DNA of 64,000 nucleotides, from assembly GCA_903915625.1 (NCBI GenBank), contig CAIWTN010000077.1:12172-76171 (forward strand), written 5' to 3'. Below are positions 50,272-60,968 of the stretch, piece by piece. Position 1 is the stretch's first letter. The number at the start of each line of letters is the position of its first letter. The notes beneath the pieces were generated by a model that had not been told where the DNA came from, did not search any database, and worked only from the letters and a program-made list of their open reading frames with translations. The DNA is from an uncultured Pseudomonadota bacterium. Lineage in GTDB: Bacteria; Bdellovibrionota_B; Oligoflexia; Oligoflexales; CAIYRB01. The position numbers were made by a program, and so were the translations under genes.

Positions 50272-50295
50272 GGCTGCTTTGGCTAGAATTATATT

Positions 50296-50841
50296 TTATG
50301 CATGAACAGTGCTAGCCTGTGGACCTTTTTCACCGCGCTCTTCAAAAAATCTTACTTTTCGCCCGACTTCCAGATTCTCGAACGGCTTATCGAGCACAGA
50401 ATTTGCGTCAAAATAGATTTCACGATTGTCATCAGTCAATATGAATCCATAACCCTCGTATGGAAAAATTCGTTCAATTTTACCGTCCGCTAGAGCTGGC
50501 TCATGATGTTTAACTTCACCGCGTAATTTTCTGACATAATCCTGCAGAATCCGTTCCATGGCGTCAAAGGCGTCGCGCATAGCTACGTAGACGTCAGAAT
50601 GTGCGTGGTTTTCGGCAGCGTCATTGCTAACTACCAGTCTATCTCCAGGAACATTTAATTCTATCCGAATACGGAATATATTTCCTTTGCGCCGCCGATG
50701 ATTAGACAGCTCAACTACAACTCGCCCGTCTATGATGCGAGGAAAAAGTTTCTCGAGGTGATCAACCCGACGCTTTATGCGCGCCGAAATCGCATCTGAC
50801 GGGGTGATTCCATCAAATTCAATTTGTAGCGGACTTTGCAT
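50296..50841 (-). CDS. HPF/RaiA ribosome hibernation domain fused to cold-shock domain
   Basis: S.AI..RI....LEK, VPG..L, DVYVAMRDAFD; C-terminal GYGFI...EIYF..NSV, G.KGPQAS. Confidence 0.88.
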   Translation of the reverse strand: MQSPLQIEFDGITPSDAISARIKRRVDHLEKLFPRIIDGRVVVELSNHRRRKGNIFRIRIELNVPGDRLVVSNDAAENHAHSDVYVAMRDAFDAMERILQDYVRKLRGEVKHHEPALADGKIERIFPYEGYGFILTDDNREIYFDANSVLDKPFENLEVGRKVRFFEERGEKGPQASTVHA

Positions 50842-50907
50842 GAAGAACCTCCCAGGAATTTATTGAGCGCCGCAAGTGCGGCAGCCCCAATCGCCTGTTT
50901 TGATCTT

Positions 50908-50923
50908 TGCAAAGAGTGAGCCG
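50908..50923 (-). promoter_or_regulatory. Putative sigma54 promoter (HPF-CSD)
   Basis: Minus strand CGGCTCACTCTTTGCA. Confidence 0.6.
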
Positions 50924-51050
50924 AAGCGTGGTTATGTGCAGCCTGTGGCATTTGCCGCTAAACAGGCAAAAAATTGTCGCAAATTCAGAACAGTGTAATT
51001 TTTTAGCTTCAGTATTTGAAGCGCGCTCAATATTTTCTGGCTTTAGAAGA

Positions 51051-51830
51051 TTAAGACTTTTTAATGAGTGCTAAGATCAGCTCTAGCGCAATTAGGGCGG
51101 TGATCAGCACTTCTAGGATATTGGCCCGGCGGCTGGACACTAGGTTCGCTAAAATTTCGATATTGTCTTGAACTAATGTCAATTTTCTATCTAGGGCGCG
51201 AAAGCGAACGTCAATATCAAAGCATTGTTGTGCTTCTTTAAATAACTTCTGCATGTCATGACTGCGCCAAGTTTCTTCTGGGGGATCAAGTATCGCTAGA
51301 TTGGACACGATGCTTTGCCTAGTACTGGCTGCAGAACCAATAAATTTCAGTAGAACCTTCGCGCTAAGCGGCACAGATCCAATCTTTTCCAGCCTCTGCA
51401 TAAAGTCAGCCGAGTCCCGCAACATACTGTCGGAATTGATTTCGTAAGTTTCGAGAGCTGCAGACTGGCCCACAGTCAATGCGACCATGCTCAGACTTTG
51501 CGGGGTCAATTTCCTCAATTCCACAAAGTCAAAATCGAAACGATCCTGGGTACCGATCTGGATCTGAAACGTCTCAGTAGTGGTGTTAACTACAGTTGGT
51601 CCAAGTACGGATTTTATCTTTCCCATTTCTTCATCAATTTGTTCTTGCGACATATTAAAGAAGACTAGGGCCCCGAATCGATAGACGAAAAGATAACTAT
51701 CATCCCCATACTGAATTTGTAGCTCGGAAGGGCTGCTGTCTATGATGCGTCCGTTAAGAACGGCACGGACCGGCTTGATCGCGATCGAGTGGTAAAGGTT
51801 GTATGCCTGTAGCAGGTAAGTTGCTGACAC
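51051..51830 (-). CDS. RMD1/YagE (DUF155) family protein
   Basis: FVYRFGALVFFN, QSAALE.YE, LDPPEETW, FDI..RF..LDRKL, LEVLI..LIALE. Confidence 0.85.
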   Translation of the reverse strand: MSATYLLQAYNLYHSIAIKPVRAVLNGRIIDSSPSELQIQYGDDSYLFVYRFGALVFFNMSQEQIDEEMGKIKSVLGPTVVNTTTETFQIQIGTQDRFDFDFVELRKLTPQSLSMVALTVGQSAALETYEINSDSMLRDSADFMQRLEKIGSVPLSAKVLLKFIGSAASTRQSIVSNLAILDPPEETWRSHDMQKLFKEAQQCFDIDVRFRALDRKLTLVQDNIEILANLVSSRRANILEVLITALIALELILALIKKS

Positions 51831-51933
51831 TTCGACCCTGGTATTTACAAGGGCTGCTTTACTTCGGCTTCTTAGTTTGAGCCCGAAGCAACAGCAGCCC
51901 TACTCGATTTATTTCTTGGCTACTAACCTTATC

Positions 51934-52581
51934 TTATTCGATCGATAGATTTGTTTCAACCGCTGTCACACCGGGAGCTGCCCAGGCTGCCCATTTTGCA
52001 TCCTGTAATTCTGCCTGGGACCTTACTTTGCCGGTCAGTGTTACTTTTCCATTGACCGTGGCGACCCTGATTCGCTTCGCGTCAGCTTCAGCACTTCGGA
52101 CCAGTGCCTGCTCGATTCGGTTTTTAATATCTGTAGGCTGTGGCCGCTGGTGGATAGCTAGGTGATTTTTTACCTGACGCACTCCTGTTATGTATCTTAC
52201 GGCGGATGTTGCGGCATCACGTTGATATTGCCAATCTACGTCACCACGTAAAATGACATCGCCGTCTTCCACTGAAATTTGAATCGTTGAAGGCAAGCTG
52301 ACATTCCAGCGTATAGCATCAGCAGCTGCCTTGGCGATTTCCTGATCGCTGCGCATACTTGTGCCGGGTAATTTCACTTCTATTTCCTCAGCGACTGCTT
52401 TGACGCCAGCTACCCGGAATGCCGCCTTTTCAGCCGCATATTTATCAGCAAAGCTCGGCACGAACCCGCTTAATGTAACAACACCATCCGCGACCGAGAC
52501 AGCGATATTTTCCGATGAGACACTTGGATCAAAGCTGAGTTCGTCGAGGACATCTTGGCGCATCTCGGTATCCGATTTCAT
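51934..52581 (-). CDS. Triple BON-domain protein (OsmY-like, no signal peptide)
   Basis: I.VSV.DGVVTLSG..RVAGVKAV; three BON repeats; AAWAAPGV..V. Confidence 0.9.
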   Translation of the reverse strand: MKSDTEMRQDVLDELSFDPSVSSENIAVSVADGVVTLSGFVPSFADKYAAEKAAFRVAGVKAVAEEIEVKLPGTSMRSDQEIAKAAADAIRWNVSLPSTIQISVEDGDVILRGDVDWQYQRDAATSAVRYITGVRQVKNHLAIHQRPQPTDIKNRIEQALVRSAEADAKRIRVATVNGKVTLTGKVRSQAELQDAKWAAWAAPGVTAVETNLSIE

Positions 52582-52664
52582 AATAATCCTCCAGTGGCAA
52601 TTGGCACATTAATCAAGTATTTAACTCGCGAATATGAACATCGCACAGCTAACGGCTGATTGGT

Positions 52665-52680
52665 TGCAGGTTCTGTGCCA
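52665..52680 (-). promoter_or_regulatory. Putative sigma54 promoter (BON-RMD1)
   Basis: Minus strand TGGCACAGAACCTGCA. Confidence 0.7.
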
Positions 52681-52784
52681 CTGTATAAACGCTCCATGAG
52701 TCATCGGCTACATGTGGACGTGAGATACAGACAGCATGGTTATTGCATGCAGAATCCTATATCGCCTACTACTCGGAGGTTTGT

Positions 52785-53510
52785 ATGTCTCTGTTTAAGA
52801 ATCGGCGTCAGGCGGGTGAACTGCTAGGCCGGAGCTTGCGGACTCTGCCAGCTCTGCAAGACGTGACAGATATTCAGGTGATTGGACTGCCACGCGGTGG
52901 TGTGCCAGTGGCGTATGAAGTGGCACAAAAAATCGGTACCGGTCTTGATGTGCTTATAGTGCGCAAGCTGGGTGTGCCTGGTCACGAAGAGTTGGCTATG
53001 GGCGCCATAGCCAGCGGCGGTATTCAGGTATTAAATCGAGATGTGGTTGATTCATTGTCAATTTCTGAAAAAGAAATCGAACAAGTCGCTCTGCAAGAAG
53101 AACGCGAGATCTTTAGGCGTAACTCACTTTACCGGGATGGTAAACCGAGGATTAACGTGCGGGGAAAGGTTGTTATATTGGTGGACGATGGACTTGCAAC
53201 AGGATCTACTATGCGTGCTGCGGTCCGGACGTTACGAAATGATCAGCCGAAATTATTAATAGTTGCTGTGCCTGTGGCACCAGCGTCAACTTGCCAACAA
53301 TTACGTCGCGATGTTGATGAATTAGTATGCCTACACACACCCGAAAACTTCCTAAGTGTTGGGTTGTGGTATGACGAATTTGAACAAACCAGTGATGAGG
53401 AGGTTCGTGAGCTTTTACAATCAGCCAAGACGTTGCCTAAGCCGGTTGAAAGCTCGCGTAGTGAAGTTATCTCCACGAAGAATATTCCTAGTGCGGAACT
53501 GCCGGTCTAG
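52785..53510 (+). CDS. Phosphoribosyltransferase-like protein (Rv0571c/Rv2030c N-domain type)
   Basis: F.NR.QAG, LPRGGVPVA, RKLGVPGHEELAMGA, VILVDDGLATGST, FEQTSDEEV. Start ATG 52785. Confidence 0.9.
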   Translation: MSLFKNRRQAGELLGRSLRTLPALQDVTDIQVIGLPRGGVPVAYEVAQKIGTGLDVLIVRKLGVPGHEELAMGAIASGGIQVLNRDVVDSLSISEKEIEQVALQEEREIFRRNSLYRDGKPRINVRGKVVILVDDGLATGSTMRAAVRTLRNDQPKLLIVAVPVAPASTCQQLRRDVDELVCLHTPENFLSVGLWYDEFEQTSDEEVRELLQSAKTLPKPVESSRSEVISTKNIPSAELPV

Positions 53511-53952
53511 CAGCAAGTTCAGCTTGCGCAAGCTCGGATTCCGTTACCAGGTGCTTGATGAAGTCGGATTCTGTCAAAATTCCGACAAGGCGATTACCTT
53601 CGACCACTGGCAGGCAGCCAATTTTGTTCTCCAAAAGTAGCCTCCCTGCATCTGCCAATGGCATCTCCGGTCCGATAGTATCGGGATCTGTGGTCATAAC
53701 ATCCCGTACAAGCATGCCTTTTAATGCATCTCGCTGATCGAGGTACGTTAAATCGTCAAATTCATAAAGAGCGGTTCTTATCAAATCTCGGTGCGAGATC
53801 ACCCCCTCTATGTTTCCCTCGCTATCAATGACTGGGACGTGACGAATCATCCTTTCACTCATCAATGCGTAGACTTCTCCGAGTTCGTCATCGGGAAAGA
53901 CTGTCTCAGGGTTACCGGTCATTAGGTCGCTTACCGTAATGATGTCTTCCAT
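53488..53952 (-). CDS. CBS-domain protein (AcuB-like)
   Basis: IRHVPV, GVISHRD, IGCLPVV, GILTESD. Start ATG 53952. Confidence 0.88.
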   Translation of the reverse strand: MEDIITVSDLMTGNPETVFPDDELGEVYALMSERMIRHVPVIDSEGNIEGVISHRDLIRTALYEFDDLTYLDQRDALKGMLVRDVMTTDPDTIGPEMPLADAGRLLLENKIGCLPVVEGNRLVGILTESDFIKHLVTESELAQAELAARPAVPH

Positions 53953-53986
53953 GCGATTTATCCCCTGTCCTATTAGTATTTGTAAA

Positions 53987-54409
53987 CTAGTGAGCGCGTG
54001 TTTCTTGGCCAAACGCAGTTTTCACTCGCTCAACTAACTGGCCCTGTGTCATATGCGCCGCAGGCTGCACTCCAACTACTTCCAGGGCTGGACCGGCGTG
54101 CTCCTTAAGGTATGCAACAAACCCTGATTTCGCGGGTCCAGGTCCCATTACCAAGATCTCGGCGTCCTGAGGTAGCGCTTTTAAGATACTCTGGTAATGT
54201 CGCTTCCAATCATTACGCCGATTCTCCTCATCCCTAGCACCCGACATTGCTGATCTGTGTGCATATGGGAATTTCCCGCGTACACCGCCCGTAGATTTAT
54301 GACGCCGTTCCGCTTGAGACTCGATTCGATCGATCGAATAGCTATCACTGCTGAGTTTAACTATCACGGCTTCTTTATGGCTTACCCAAATACCGCATCT
54401 TTCATGCAT
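53987..54409 (-). CDS. Small eRF1-domain-2 / host-attachment-protein-like protein
   Basis: GIWVSHKEAVIV, ILVMGPGPAK.GF, A.HMT.GQL. GGAGG RBS before ATG 54409. Confidence 0.65.
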   Translation of the reverse strand: MHERCGIWVSHKEAVIVKLSSDSYSIDRIESQAERRHKSTGGVRGKFPYAHRSAMSGARDEENRRNDWKRHYQSILKALPQDAEILVMGPGPAKSGFVAYLKEHAGPALEVVGVQPAAHMTQGQLVERVKTAFGQETRAH

Positions 54410-54436
54410 ATAATAATCCTCCGTCAATGGTATCTG

Positions 54437-54452
54437 AGCAATTTTCATACCA
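54437..54452 (-). promoter_or_regulatory. Putative sigma54 promoter (eRF1-like/CBS)
   Basis: Minus strand TGGTATGAAAATTGCT. Confidence 0.7.
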
Positions 54453-54526
54453 AGAACTGAAGCAGGTGAAATGAATCTAGCAGTGCGATATGCCACTCGC
54501 AGCATTCAGTTTTGTTTTAGCAGGAT

Positions 54527-54542
54527 CGGCATGACTTTTGCT
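54527..54542 (+). promoter_or_regulatory. Putative sigma54 promoter (54609-ppsA-hydrogenase operon)
   Basis: CGGCATGACTTTTGCT. Confidence 0.65.
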
Positions 54543-54608
54543 TTAGCCAAGGAGTCTTAATGTTAGCCATCATTTCATTTAGATCGTGTAGATCGTGGGA
54601 GTCCGAAC

Positions 54609-55127
54609 ATGAGAAAAAATACAATTCGAATCCTTTTTTTAGGATCAGCTTTATGGGCGGGCGTAGGTGCAGGTGTAGCTTCGGCGGCAGACACCGCGAA
54701 TGCACCTGCCAGTCATGATTGGCCATGCCCGGCAATGGGCAACGGACAGATGATGGGTGCTCAGTGGCTTAGGGAGCTTAAGAGAGAGACTATTGAGGGG
54801 CGGATTGAGGACGTGAATGTGCAAGAGTTTTGTATGGGTGAGCATCATGGGCTACATCTAAAAGTGCGGAGCGGTGACACTACCTATAACGTTCATTTAG
54901 GTCCCACCAATGTTGTCGATGACCGCAAATTTCGCTTCGCTTTGGGCGATGATATTCAGGTACATGGCGCATTGTACGAGGCCAATGGTGAAAAATTCAT
55001 TGTGGCATTTACCATAGAAAAAGGTGGACAAAAGTTGATCTTGCGCGATGAAGATGGTCGACCCACATGGACAGCTGGGCGAGGACGGATGCATGGTCGT
55101 CGAGTTAAATCGGTACCCGCACATTGA
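54609..55127 (+). CDS. Secreted OB-fold-like protein (VHLGP motif)
   Basis: Signal peptide, Met/Gly-rich segment, ETIEG.I, GLHL, VHLGP, GD.IQVHG, LRDEDGRP.W. Confidence 0.75.
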   Translation: MRKNTIRILFLGSALWAGVGAGVASAADTANAPASHDWPCPAMGNGQMMGAQWLRELKRETIEGRIEDVNVQEFCMGEHHGLHLKVRSGDTTYNVHLGPTNVVDDRKFRFALGDDIQVHGALYEANGEKFIVAFTIEKGGQKLILRDEDGRPTWTAGRGRMHGRRVKSVPAH

Positions 55128-55163
55128 TCAAGCCCAACTTCCCTTTGGAAAGGATGGCATGCT

Positions 55164-57590
55164 ATGGCAGCCAGAAGTCAGCAGTCGTACATCCAGTGGT
55201 TTGAAGATATCTGTTACAACGATGTAGCTAGGGTAGGTGGCAAAAACGCCTCTCTTGGTGAGATGTACCGTGAGCTAGGTCAGGATGGTATTACAGTTCC
55301 GCCCGGCTTTGCTGTAACTGTGGACGCATACTGGCGTCATATTGATGGCAATAAGCTTCGCGGTAAGATTGAGGAGCTGTTGACATCTCTATCCAAGCGT
55401 CCAGATGACTTACCAAAAATCGCTGGGGATTTACGCCACCTAATCCTTGAGTCGCCACTTCCCACTGATATTGTCCGTAGCGTCACTCAGGCCTATGAAG
55501 AGCTGTGTGAGCGTTGTGGAGAGCTGGCGGATGTAGCCGTTCGTAGCAGCGCCACTGCCGAGGATTTACCAACTGCGAGTTTCGCCGGTCAGCAGGAAAC
55601 ATTTCTCCATGTTCAAGGTCAAAATGCTCTACTTGAAACGCTGCGCCAGTGCTTCGCATCGTTGTTTACCGATCGAGCTATATCGTACCGAATAGATCAA
55701 AAATTCGATCACCTTAAGGTAGGTCTTTCGGTCGGCATTCAGCGTATGGTGAGGTCCGACCTTGCAGCGGCTGGCGTTATGTTCACCCTCGACACAGAGA
55801 CGGGTGCTAGAGACGTAGTGCTGATCAACTCATCCTACGGACTCGGTGAGACTGTGGTCCAGGGTTCAGTAAATCCCGATGAATTTTATGTATTTAAGCC
55901 CACGCTGCTGCAAGGTAAGAAGGCTATCCTGCATAAGCGCTCTGGTAGTAAAGAGTTCAAACTAGTGTACGACGCCGGCGCTGGAAGACGAACGCGTATA
56001 GAATCTGTGGCGGTGGTAGACCGCGAGCGTATGTCGTTATCCGATGAGGACATTCTACAGCTGTCGCAATGGGCTTGCCGAATTGAAAAGCATTACAGCG
56101 ACAAGCTTGGAGTGCCTACCCCGATGGACATAGAGTGGGCCAAGGATGGTTTAACGGGTAAGCTGTATATACTGCAGGCTCGCCCCGAAACGGTACATTC
56201 GCAGCGAGAAGCGCTGAAGATCGATGTTTATTCTCTAGACGTTGGTGTTCGTGAAAAAGCGAAAATTATTTTGCGGGGGCGGGCCGTTGGGGACCGTATC
56301 GGTGTGGGTGCAGTGCGTGTCATAGATGATCCTCATCATTTAGACCTGCTGCAGCAGGGAGAGGTTTTAGTCGCCCAAAAAACTGATCCTGATTGGGAAC
56401 CGGCTATGAAGCGCGCTGCAGCCATCATTACCGACCGTGGTGGGCGCACTTGCCATGCCGCCATAGTTAGTCGCGAGCTGGGTATTCCTGCAGTTGTGGG
56501 TTGTGAGTATGCCACCTCGTTACTCAAGACAGGCCAGCATGTAACTGTCTCCTGCGCAGAAGGAGATACTGGGACAATTTTCGAAGGTCTACTTCCGTTT
56601 ACACGTCGAGCGGTAGATGCTTCGACACTCAGGCCGACCTTCACAAACATCATGCTTAATGTGGCAAATCCGGACGAAGCGCTGCGTCTTGGACTACTGC
56701 CCAGCGACGGTGTCGGCCTAGCGCGGATGGAGTTTATTATCAGCCATGCGATTAAAGTTCATCCGATGGCTTTGGTAAAATTTGATGATTTTCCAGAGTG
56801 TGAAGAAAAGCGTGAAATCGACAAAATCACTAAGGGATATCAGCGTCGCACAGATTACTTTGTCGATAAGCTGGCTGAAGGCGTTGGGATGATAGCTGCG
56901 GGATTTTACCCACGTGAAGTAATCATTCGCTTTAGTGATTTTAAAACGAACGAATATGCTGGACTTCTCGGCGGTAAATTCTTTGAACCGGTCGAAGAGA
57001 ACCCAATGCTTGGATTCCGCGGAGCCTCGCGTTATTACCATGACCGATATCGACTTGGATTTGCGCTTGAGTGTGCTGCCATTCGACGCGTGCGAGACGA
57101 TTTCGGTCTCACAAACGTCAAGGTTATGATTCCATTCTGCCGTACGATTGCTGAGGGTCGCAAGGTGATCGCTGAGATGGCACAAAATGGTCTCAAGCGA
57201 GGTGAGGCTGGGCTCGAAATTTACGTTATGTGTGAAATACCCAGTAATGTGATTCTTGCTGACGAGTTTTCGGAGATATTTGATGGTTTCTCTATTGGAT
57301 CGAATGATTTAACCCAACTGATCTTGGGAGTTGACCGCGATTCCGAGATTGTGGCCTCACTCTTCGATGAGCGCAACAAAGCTGTGACACTTATGATTGA
57401 AAATGTCATAGAGAAGGCACATGCCAAAGGCCGTAAGGTTGGGATTTGTGGCCAGGCTCCAAGCGACTATCCAGAGTTTGCCAATATGTTGGTACGGTTT
57501 GGTATCGACAGTATTTCGCTAAGTCCGGACAGTTATGTACGTACCGCAAGGATGATTGCACAATTAGAGGAGACTGGCCAAGACCGTTAG
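55164..57590 (+). CDS. ppsA: Phosphoenolpyruvate synthase
   Basis: VGGKNASLGEM, VRSSATAEDLP.ASFAGQQET, GGRTCHAAI, EENPMLGFRGASRY, SIGSNDLTQL, GICGQAPSD. Confidence 0.96.
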   Translation: MAARSQQSYIQWFEDICYNDVARVGGKNASLGEMYRELGQDGITVPPGFAVTVDAYWRHIDGNKLRGKIEELLTSLSKRPDDLPKIAGDLRHLILESPLPTDIVRSVTQAYEELCERCGELADVAVRSSATAEDLPTASFAGQQETFLHVQGQNALLETLRQCFASLFTDRAISYRIDQKFDHLKVGLSVGIQRMVRSDLAAAGVMFTLDTETGARDVVLINSSYGLGETVVQGSVNPDEFYVFKPTLLQGKKAILHKRSGSKEFKLVYDAGAGRRTRIESVAVVDRERMSLSDEDILQLSQWACRIEKHYSDKLGVPTPMDIEWAKDGLTGKLYILQARPETVHSQREALKIDVYSLDVGVREKAKIILRGRAVGDRIGVGAVRVIDDPHHLDLLQQGEVLVAQKTDPDWEPAMKRAAAIITDRGGRTCHAAIVSRELGIPAVVGCEYATSLLKTGQHVTVSCAEGDTGTIFEGLLPFTRRAVDASTLRPTFTNIMLNVANPDEALRLGLLPSDGVGLARMEFIISHAIKVHPMALVKFDDFPECEEKREIDKITKGYQRRTDYFVDKLAEGVGMIAAGFYPREVIIRFSDFKTNEYAGLLGGKFFEPVEENPMLGFRGASRYYHDRYRLGFALECAAIRRVRDDFGLTNVKVMIPFCRTIAEGRKVIAEMAQNGLKRGEAGLEIYVMCEIPSNVILADEFSEIFDGFSIGSNDLTQLILGVDRDSEIVASLFDERNKAVTLMIENVIEKAHAKGRKVGICGQAPSDYPEFANMLVRFGIDSISLSPDSYVRTARMIAQLEETGQDR

Positions 57591-57613
57591 ACTAGGACCG
57601 GAGGCAACCTTAC

Positions 57614-58783
57614 ATGTCCAGTGTATCTGATCTTGTTGGTAGGTGTTTTCGAGTCAGTTCTGATGTGCTTGGATTATTGATCAGAACACTCAGAGACGAC
57701 GGATACATTGCGATAGGTCCACGTAAAGTTGGTGAGTCTATTCAGCTAGAGGTCTTAGATAGTGCCGAAGATCTGCCACGAGGCTGGGGTGACCAACAGG
57801 ACGCGGGCACATATCGACTGGTAAGGCGCTCCGACGCAGCTTATTTTGGTTTTAATCTTGGCGCTGATTCGTGGAAAAAGTGGTTGGATCCGAATCGCAA
57901 GCTGCTTTGGCGTGCAAAGCGTGAAGGTGAATCCTGGGAGGTAGAACAGGCGCACACGCAGGTCCGCAGGATGGCCTTCATCGGTGTGCGGGCATGTGAA
58001 TTGGCTGCAATTAAAATCCAATTACGTGTTCGCGAAGTCTCCCGGTTACAATCAAACTCGACTGATACAAATTCATCTGCATTAAGTGCGGAGGTGTCGG
58101 TAGAAGCCCCGGAAGAGCCTTTTTTAGTTGGATTAAATTGCTCTCAGGCAGCCGCAACTTGTTTTTGCGCCTCGGTGCATACGGGTCCAGCTTTCGCTAG
58201 CGGCTGTGACTTGGTACTTACTGAGGTTCTCAATGATGACGATCACTATTTTCTAATTCAGATTCTGACAAAACGGGGCGCAAGAATTTCCTCGCAATTT
58301 GAATTGCAAACATCTATTGCAGATGATCTAGCGCACATAGATCGCCAAGTGGCTCAGGTGTCTGACTCACAATCGCGGCAGCTTAATATATCCAATCCAG
58401 TGGATTTTTTTAGCCGTCGTCTGGAGCACTCTCACTGGGACGATGTAGCAGCTAGATGTTTGAGCTGTGCCAATTGCACCCTAGTTTGTCCAACATGTTT
58501 TTGTTCAACAGTCGAAGATACTAGTGACGTGCAAAACGCGGTGGCCGAACGTTGGTCGCGCTGGGATTCCTGTTTTAATTTGGACTTCAGTTTCATTCAC
58601 GGCGGTAGCTTGAGGTCCTCAACACGCTCCAGGTACCGCCAGTGGTTGACACACAAACTGGGCACTTGGCATGAGCAATTTGGTAGCTCGGGTTGTGTTG
58701 GATGTGGGCGCTGTATAGCTTGGTGTCCAGTCGGCATCGATTTGACTGCAGAGGTTAAATATCTTTCGCAAGCGACGCGATGA
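57614..58783 (+). CDS. Group 3b hydrogenase beta subunit (4Fe-4S; HydB/AsrA-like)
   Basis: [48 protein letters not shown]. Confidence 0.9.
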   Translation: MSSVSDLVGRCFRVSSDVLGLLIRTLRDDGYIAIGPRKVGESIQLEVLDSAEDLPRGWGDQQDAGTYRLVRRSDAAYFGFNLGADSWKKWLDPNRKLLWRAKREGESWEVEQAHTQVRRMAFIGVRACELAAIKIQLRVREVSRLQSNSTDTNSSALSAEVSVEAPEEPFLVGLNCSQAAATCFCASVHTGPAFASGCDLVLTEVLNDDDHYFLIQILTKRGARISSQFELQTSIADDLAHIDRQVAQVSDSQSRQLNISNPVDFFSRRLEHSHWDDVAARCLSCANCTLVCPTCFCSTVEDTSDVQNAVAERWSRWDSCFNLDFSFIHGGSLRSSTRSRYRQWLTHKLGTWHEQFGSSGCVGCGRCIAWCPVGIDLTAEVKYLSQATR

Positions 58784-58793
58784 AAGGCGATTT

Positions 58794-59273
58794 GTGGTTA
58801 CTTTACGAACTATAGACAATCTAATTGCAGATCATCCTTTTTTTGCTGGATTGGGCTCAGACTTTGTAACCTTTATCGCTGGCTGTGGTCGCAACCGGTA
58901 CGTCGAAGAGGGTGATTATCTGGCCCACGAGGGAGAGGAGGCGAATGCTTTTTTCTTGATTCGTCGCGGGAAAATATCAGTAGAAACGAATGTCCCTGGA
59001 CGTGGTCCAGTGGTGTTAGAAACTCTTGGCATTGGCGACATTGCCGGCTGGTCTTGGATTTTTCCCCCATATAAATGGGCATTTGATGTAGTAGCCCGCG
59101 AGGCTGCATCTTTTATAGAAATCAATGGTCTATGCCTGAGAGGTAAATGTGAGGCTGATCCGGCCCTTGGGTATGCGGTTTTGAAACGCTTTGCTGGGAT
59201 TATGAGTGAACGACTGAGAGACACTCGGCTCAGGCTCTTGGATCTTTATGGTAACGATCGCAAAAGAAGTTAA
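58794..59273 (+). CDS. Cyclic-nucleotide-binding domain protein
   Basis: [29 protein letters not shown]; no HTH. Confidence 0.85.
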   Translation: MVTLRTIDNLIADHPFFAGLGSDFVTFIAGCGRNRYVEEGDYLAHEGEEANAFFLIRRGKISVETNVPGRGPVVLETLGIGDIAGWSWIFPPYKWAFDVVAREAASFIEINGLCLRGKCEADPALGYAVLKRFAGIMSERLRDTRLRLLDLYGNDRKRS

Positions 59274-60159
59274 TCTCAGCCAAGCTGAGGTACAGCTCAA
59301 AGGTGTAGTTGCAGGCGCCGGCGATCAGTATTTGCCAGTGGCATATTCTGTTACATCTAGGAAGCGGGAGACTGCTGATACTGTAACTCTGACTCTTAAA
59401 CCAAAAGACTCTAGATCTTCTGTTTGCCCACGCCCCAGGCCAGGTCAGTTTAATATGCTGTATGTGTTCGGGGTTGGGGAGATTCCGGTGTCAGTTTGTG
59501 GAATTGAGCCAGACGGTGCGCTGCTACATACAATCCGCCGCGTTGGTGCTGTATCTGTGGCCCTTTGCGATTCCAAAGTTGGCACCGTTATCGGTGTCAG
59601 AGGTGCTTATGGCGTGGGTTGGCCTGTCGCAAGAATGAGACAACGGTCGCTAATTATTTTGGCCGGAGGCCTTGGTTTAGCCCCATTGCTTATGCTGATT
59701 CGGCACGTGGTGCGTTGCCGTAGCGATTTTGCTGATATTACCATCTGTATCGGTGCTCGGACACCACAGGATGTACCATTTTTAAGAGAAATTCTTAGTT
59801 GGCAACGTTTGAAATACGATGCTGGGCTCTTCGACGTTCGGTTGATTGTCGACCGGGCTGATCGCGACTGGCGTGGCGAGGTTGGGGTAGTGACTTCACT
59901 TTTACCACGGTCTTTGACTGCACCAGAGTGCAGTTTAGCGCTGATATGTGGACCGGAAGTAATGATGCGACATGCAGCGAGTGACTTAGTGCGACTTGGT
60001 CTAAGCCATTGCGATATCTATCTGTCTTTAGAGCGAAATATGAAGTGTGCCTTCGGGCTGTGTGGGCATTGTCAGCTCAATAGGTACTTTGTTTGTCGCG
60101 ATGGTCCAATCTTTTCGTTTGAAAAAGTTGAATCATTGCTGAATGTGAAGGATCTATGA
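59248..60159 (+). CDS. Group 3b hydrogenase gamma subunit (FAD/NAD(P)-binding, 2Fe-2S)
   Basis: [46 protein letters not shown]...VC.DGP. Confidence 0.9.
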   Translation: MVTIAKEVNLSQAEVQLKGVVAGAGDQYLPVAYSVTSRKRETADTVTLTLKPKDSRSSVCPRPRPGQFNMLYVFGVGEIPVSVCGIEPDGALLHTIRRVGAVSVALCDSKVGTVIGVRGAYGVGWPVARMRQRSLIILAGGLGLAPLLMLIRHVVRCRSDFADITICIGARTPQDVPFLREILSWQRLKYDAGLFDVRLIVDRADRDWRGEVGVVTSLLPRSLTAPECSLALICGPEVMMRHAASDLVRLGLSHCDIYLSLERNMKCAFGLCGHCQLNRYFVCRDGPIFSFEKVESLLNVKDL

Positions 60160-60968
60160 CGCGCCGTCGAGCTCAAAAAAAATTGGCAGTCTGGAAATTT
60201 GCCTCATGCGACGGCTGTCAGCTTAGTCTACTCGACTGCGAAGATGAACTTTTGCACTTGGCTGGGCGTATTCAGTTCGCCCATTTTATGGAGGCGAGTA
60301 GTGCGTTATTGCGCGGACCCTACGATCTATCGATCGTGGAAGGCTCTATCACAACACCGAGGGATGTTGAGCGTATCTTAGAAGTTAGGCGGCGGTCAAA
60401 GTTCCTCGTAACGGTAGGTGCTTGTGCAACTGCCGGAGGGATTCAAGCGCTCCGCAATTTTGCTGATGTCAAAGAATTCATTTCTATAGTTTACGCAAGA
60501 CCTGAATATATTGAGACTCTAACCCAGTCGACGGGTATTGCCAATCATGTCCACGTTGACTATGAATTGCGCGGATGCCCTGTCAACAAACGCCAACTTC
60601 TCGAAGTGATTGTTGCCTTTCTAGTGGGGAGGCGGCCAAATATTCCGGCTGAAAGTGTTTGTGTCGAGTGCAAGGAGCGTCGCACCACTTGTATTGCTGT
60701 CGCGCAAGGGGTTCCCTGTATGGGACCTGTGACTCAAGCAGGCTGCGGTGCTATTTGCCCAGCCTATGGCCGGGGCTGCTATGGCTGTTTTGGGCCCAAG
60801 GAAAAAGCCAATGTCGATGCACTAGTCGCGGATTGGCGCCTTAATAAAAGCGTGTCAGAGGATCAAGCACGCAGGCTACTGCATACATTTAATGCGTGGG
60901 CCGAGCCCTTTCGCAGTGCAGGTTGCAGTCCTGGTGTGGGACCTATCAGGAAGGATCTTTGTGACTAA
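60156..60968 (+). CDS. Group 3b [NiFe]-hydrogenase small (delta) subunit
   Basis: [48 protein letters not shown]. Confidence 0.92.
   Translation: MTRRRAQKKLAVWKFASCDGCQLSLLDCEDELLHLAGRIQFAHFMEASSALLRGPYDLSIVEGSITTPRDVERILEVRRRSKFLVTVGACATAGGIQALRNFADVKEFISIVYARPEYIETLTQSTGIANHVHVDYELRGCPVNKRQLLEVIVAFLVGRRPNIPAESVCVECKERRTTCIAVAQGVPCMGPVTQAGCGAICPAYGRGCYGCFGPKEKANVDALVADWRLNKSVSEDQARRLLHTFNAWAEPFRSAGCSPGVGPIRKDLCD

Noticed and set aside
52732-52747. sigma54-like CAGCATGGTTATTGCA before the PRTase gene
   Set aside because: Spacing and -12 box are good, but the near-invariant GG is AG; too uncertain to call.
54479-54495. Additional sigma54 site TGGCATATCGCACTGCT (minus strand)
   Set aside because: GG-GC spacing is 11 nt rather than the strict 10; a better site exists at 54437-54452.
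54609-55127. Magnetosome MamS-like gene
   Set aside because: The HLGP OB-fold motif is widespread and no other mam genes are present.
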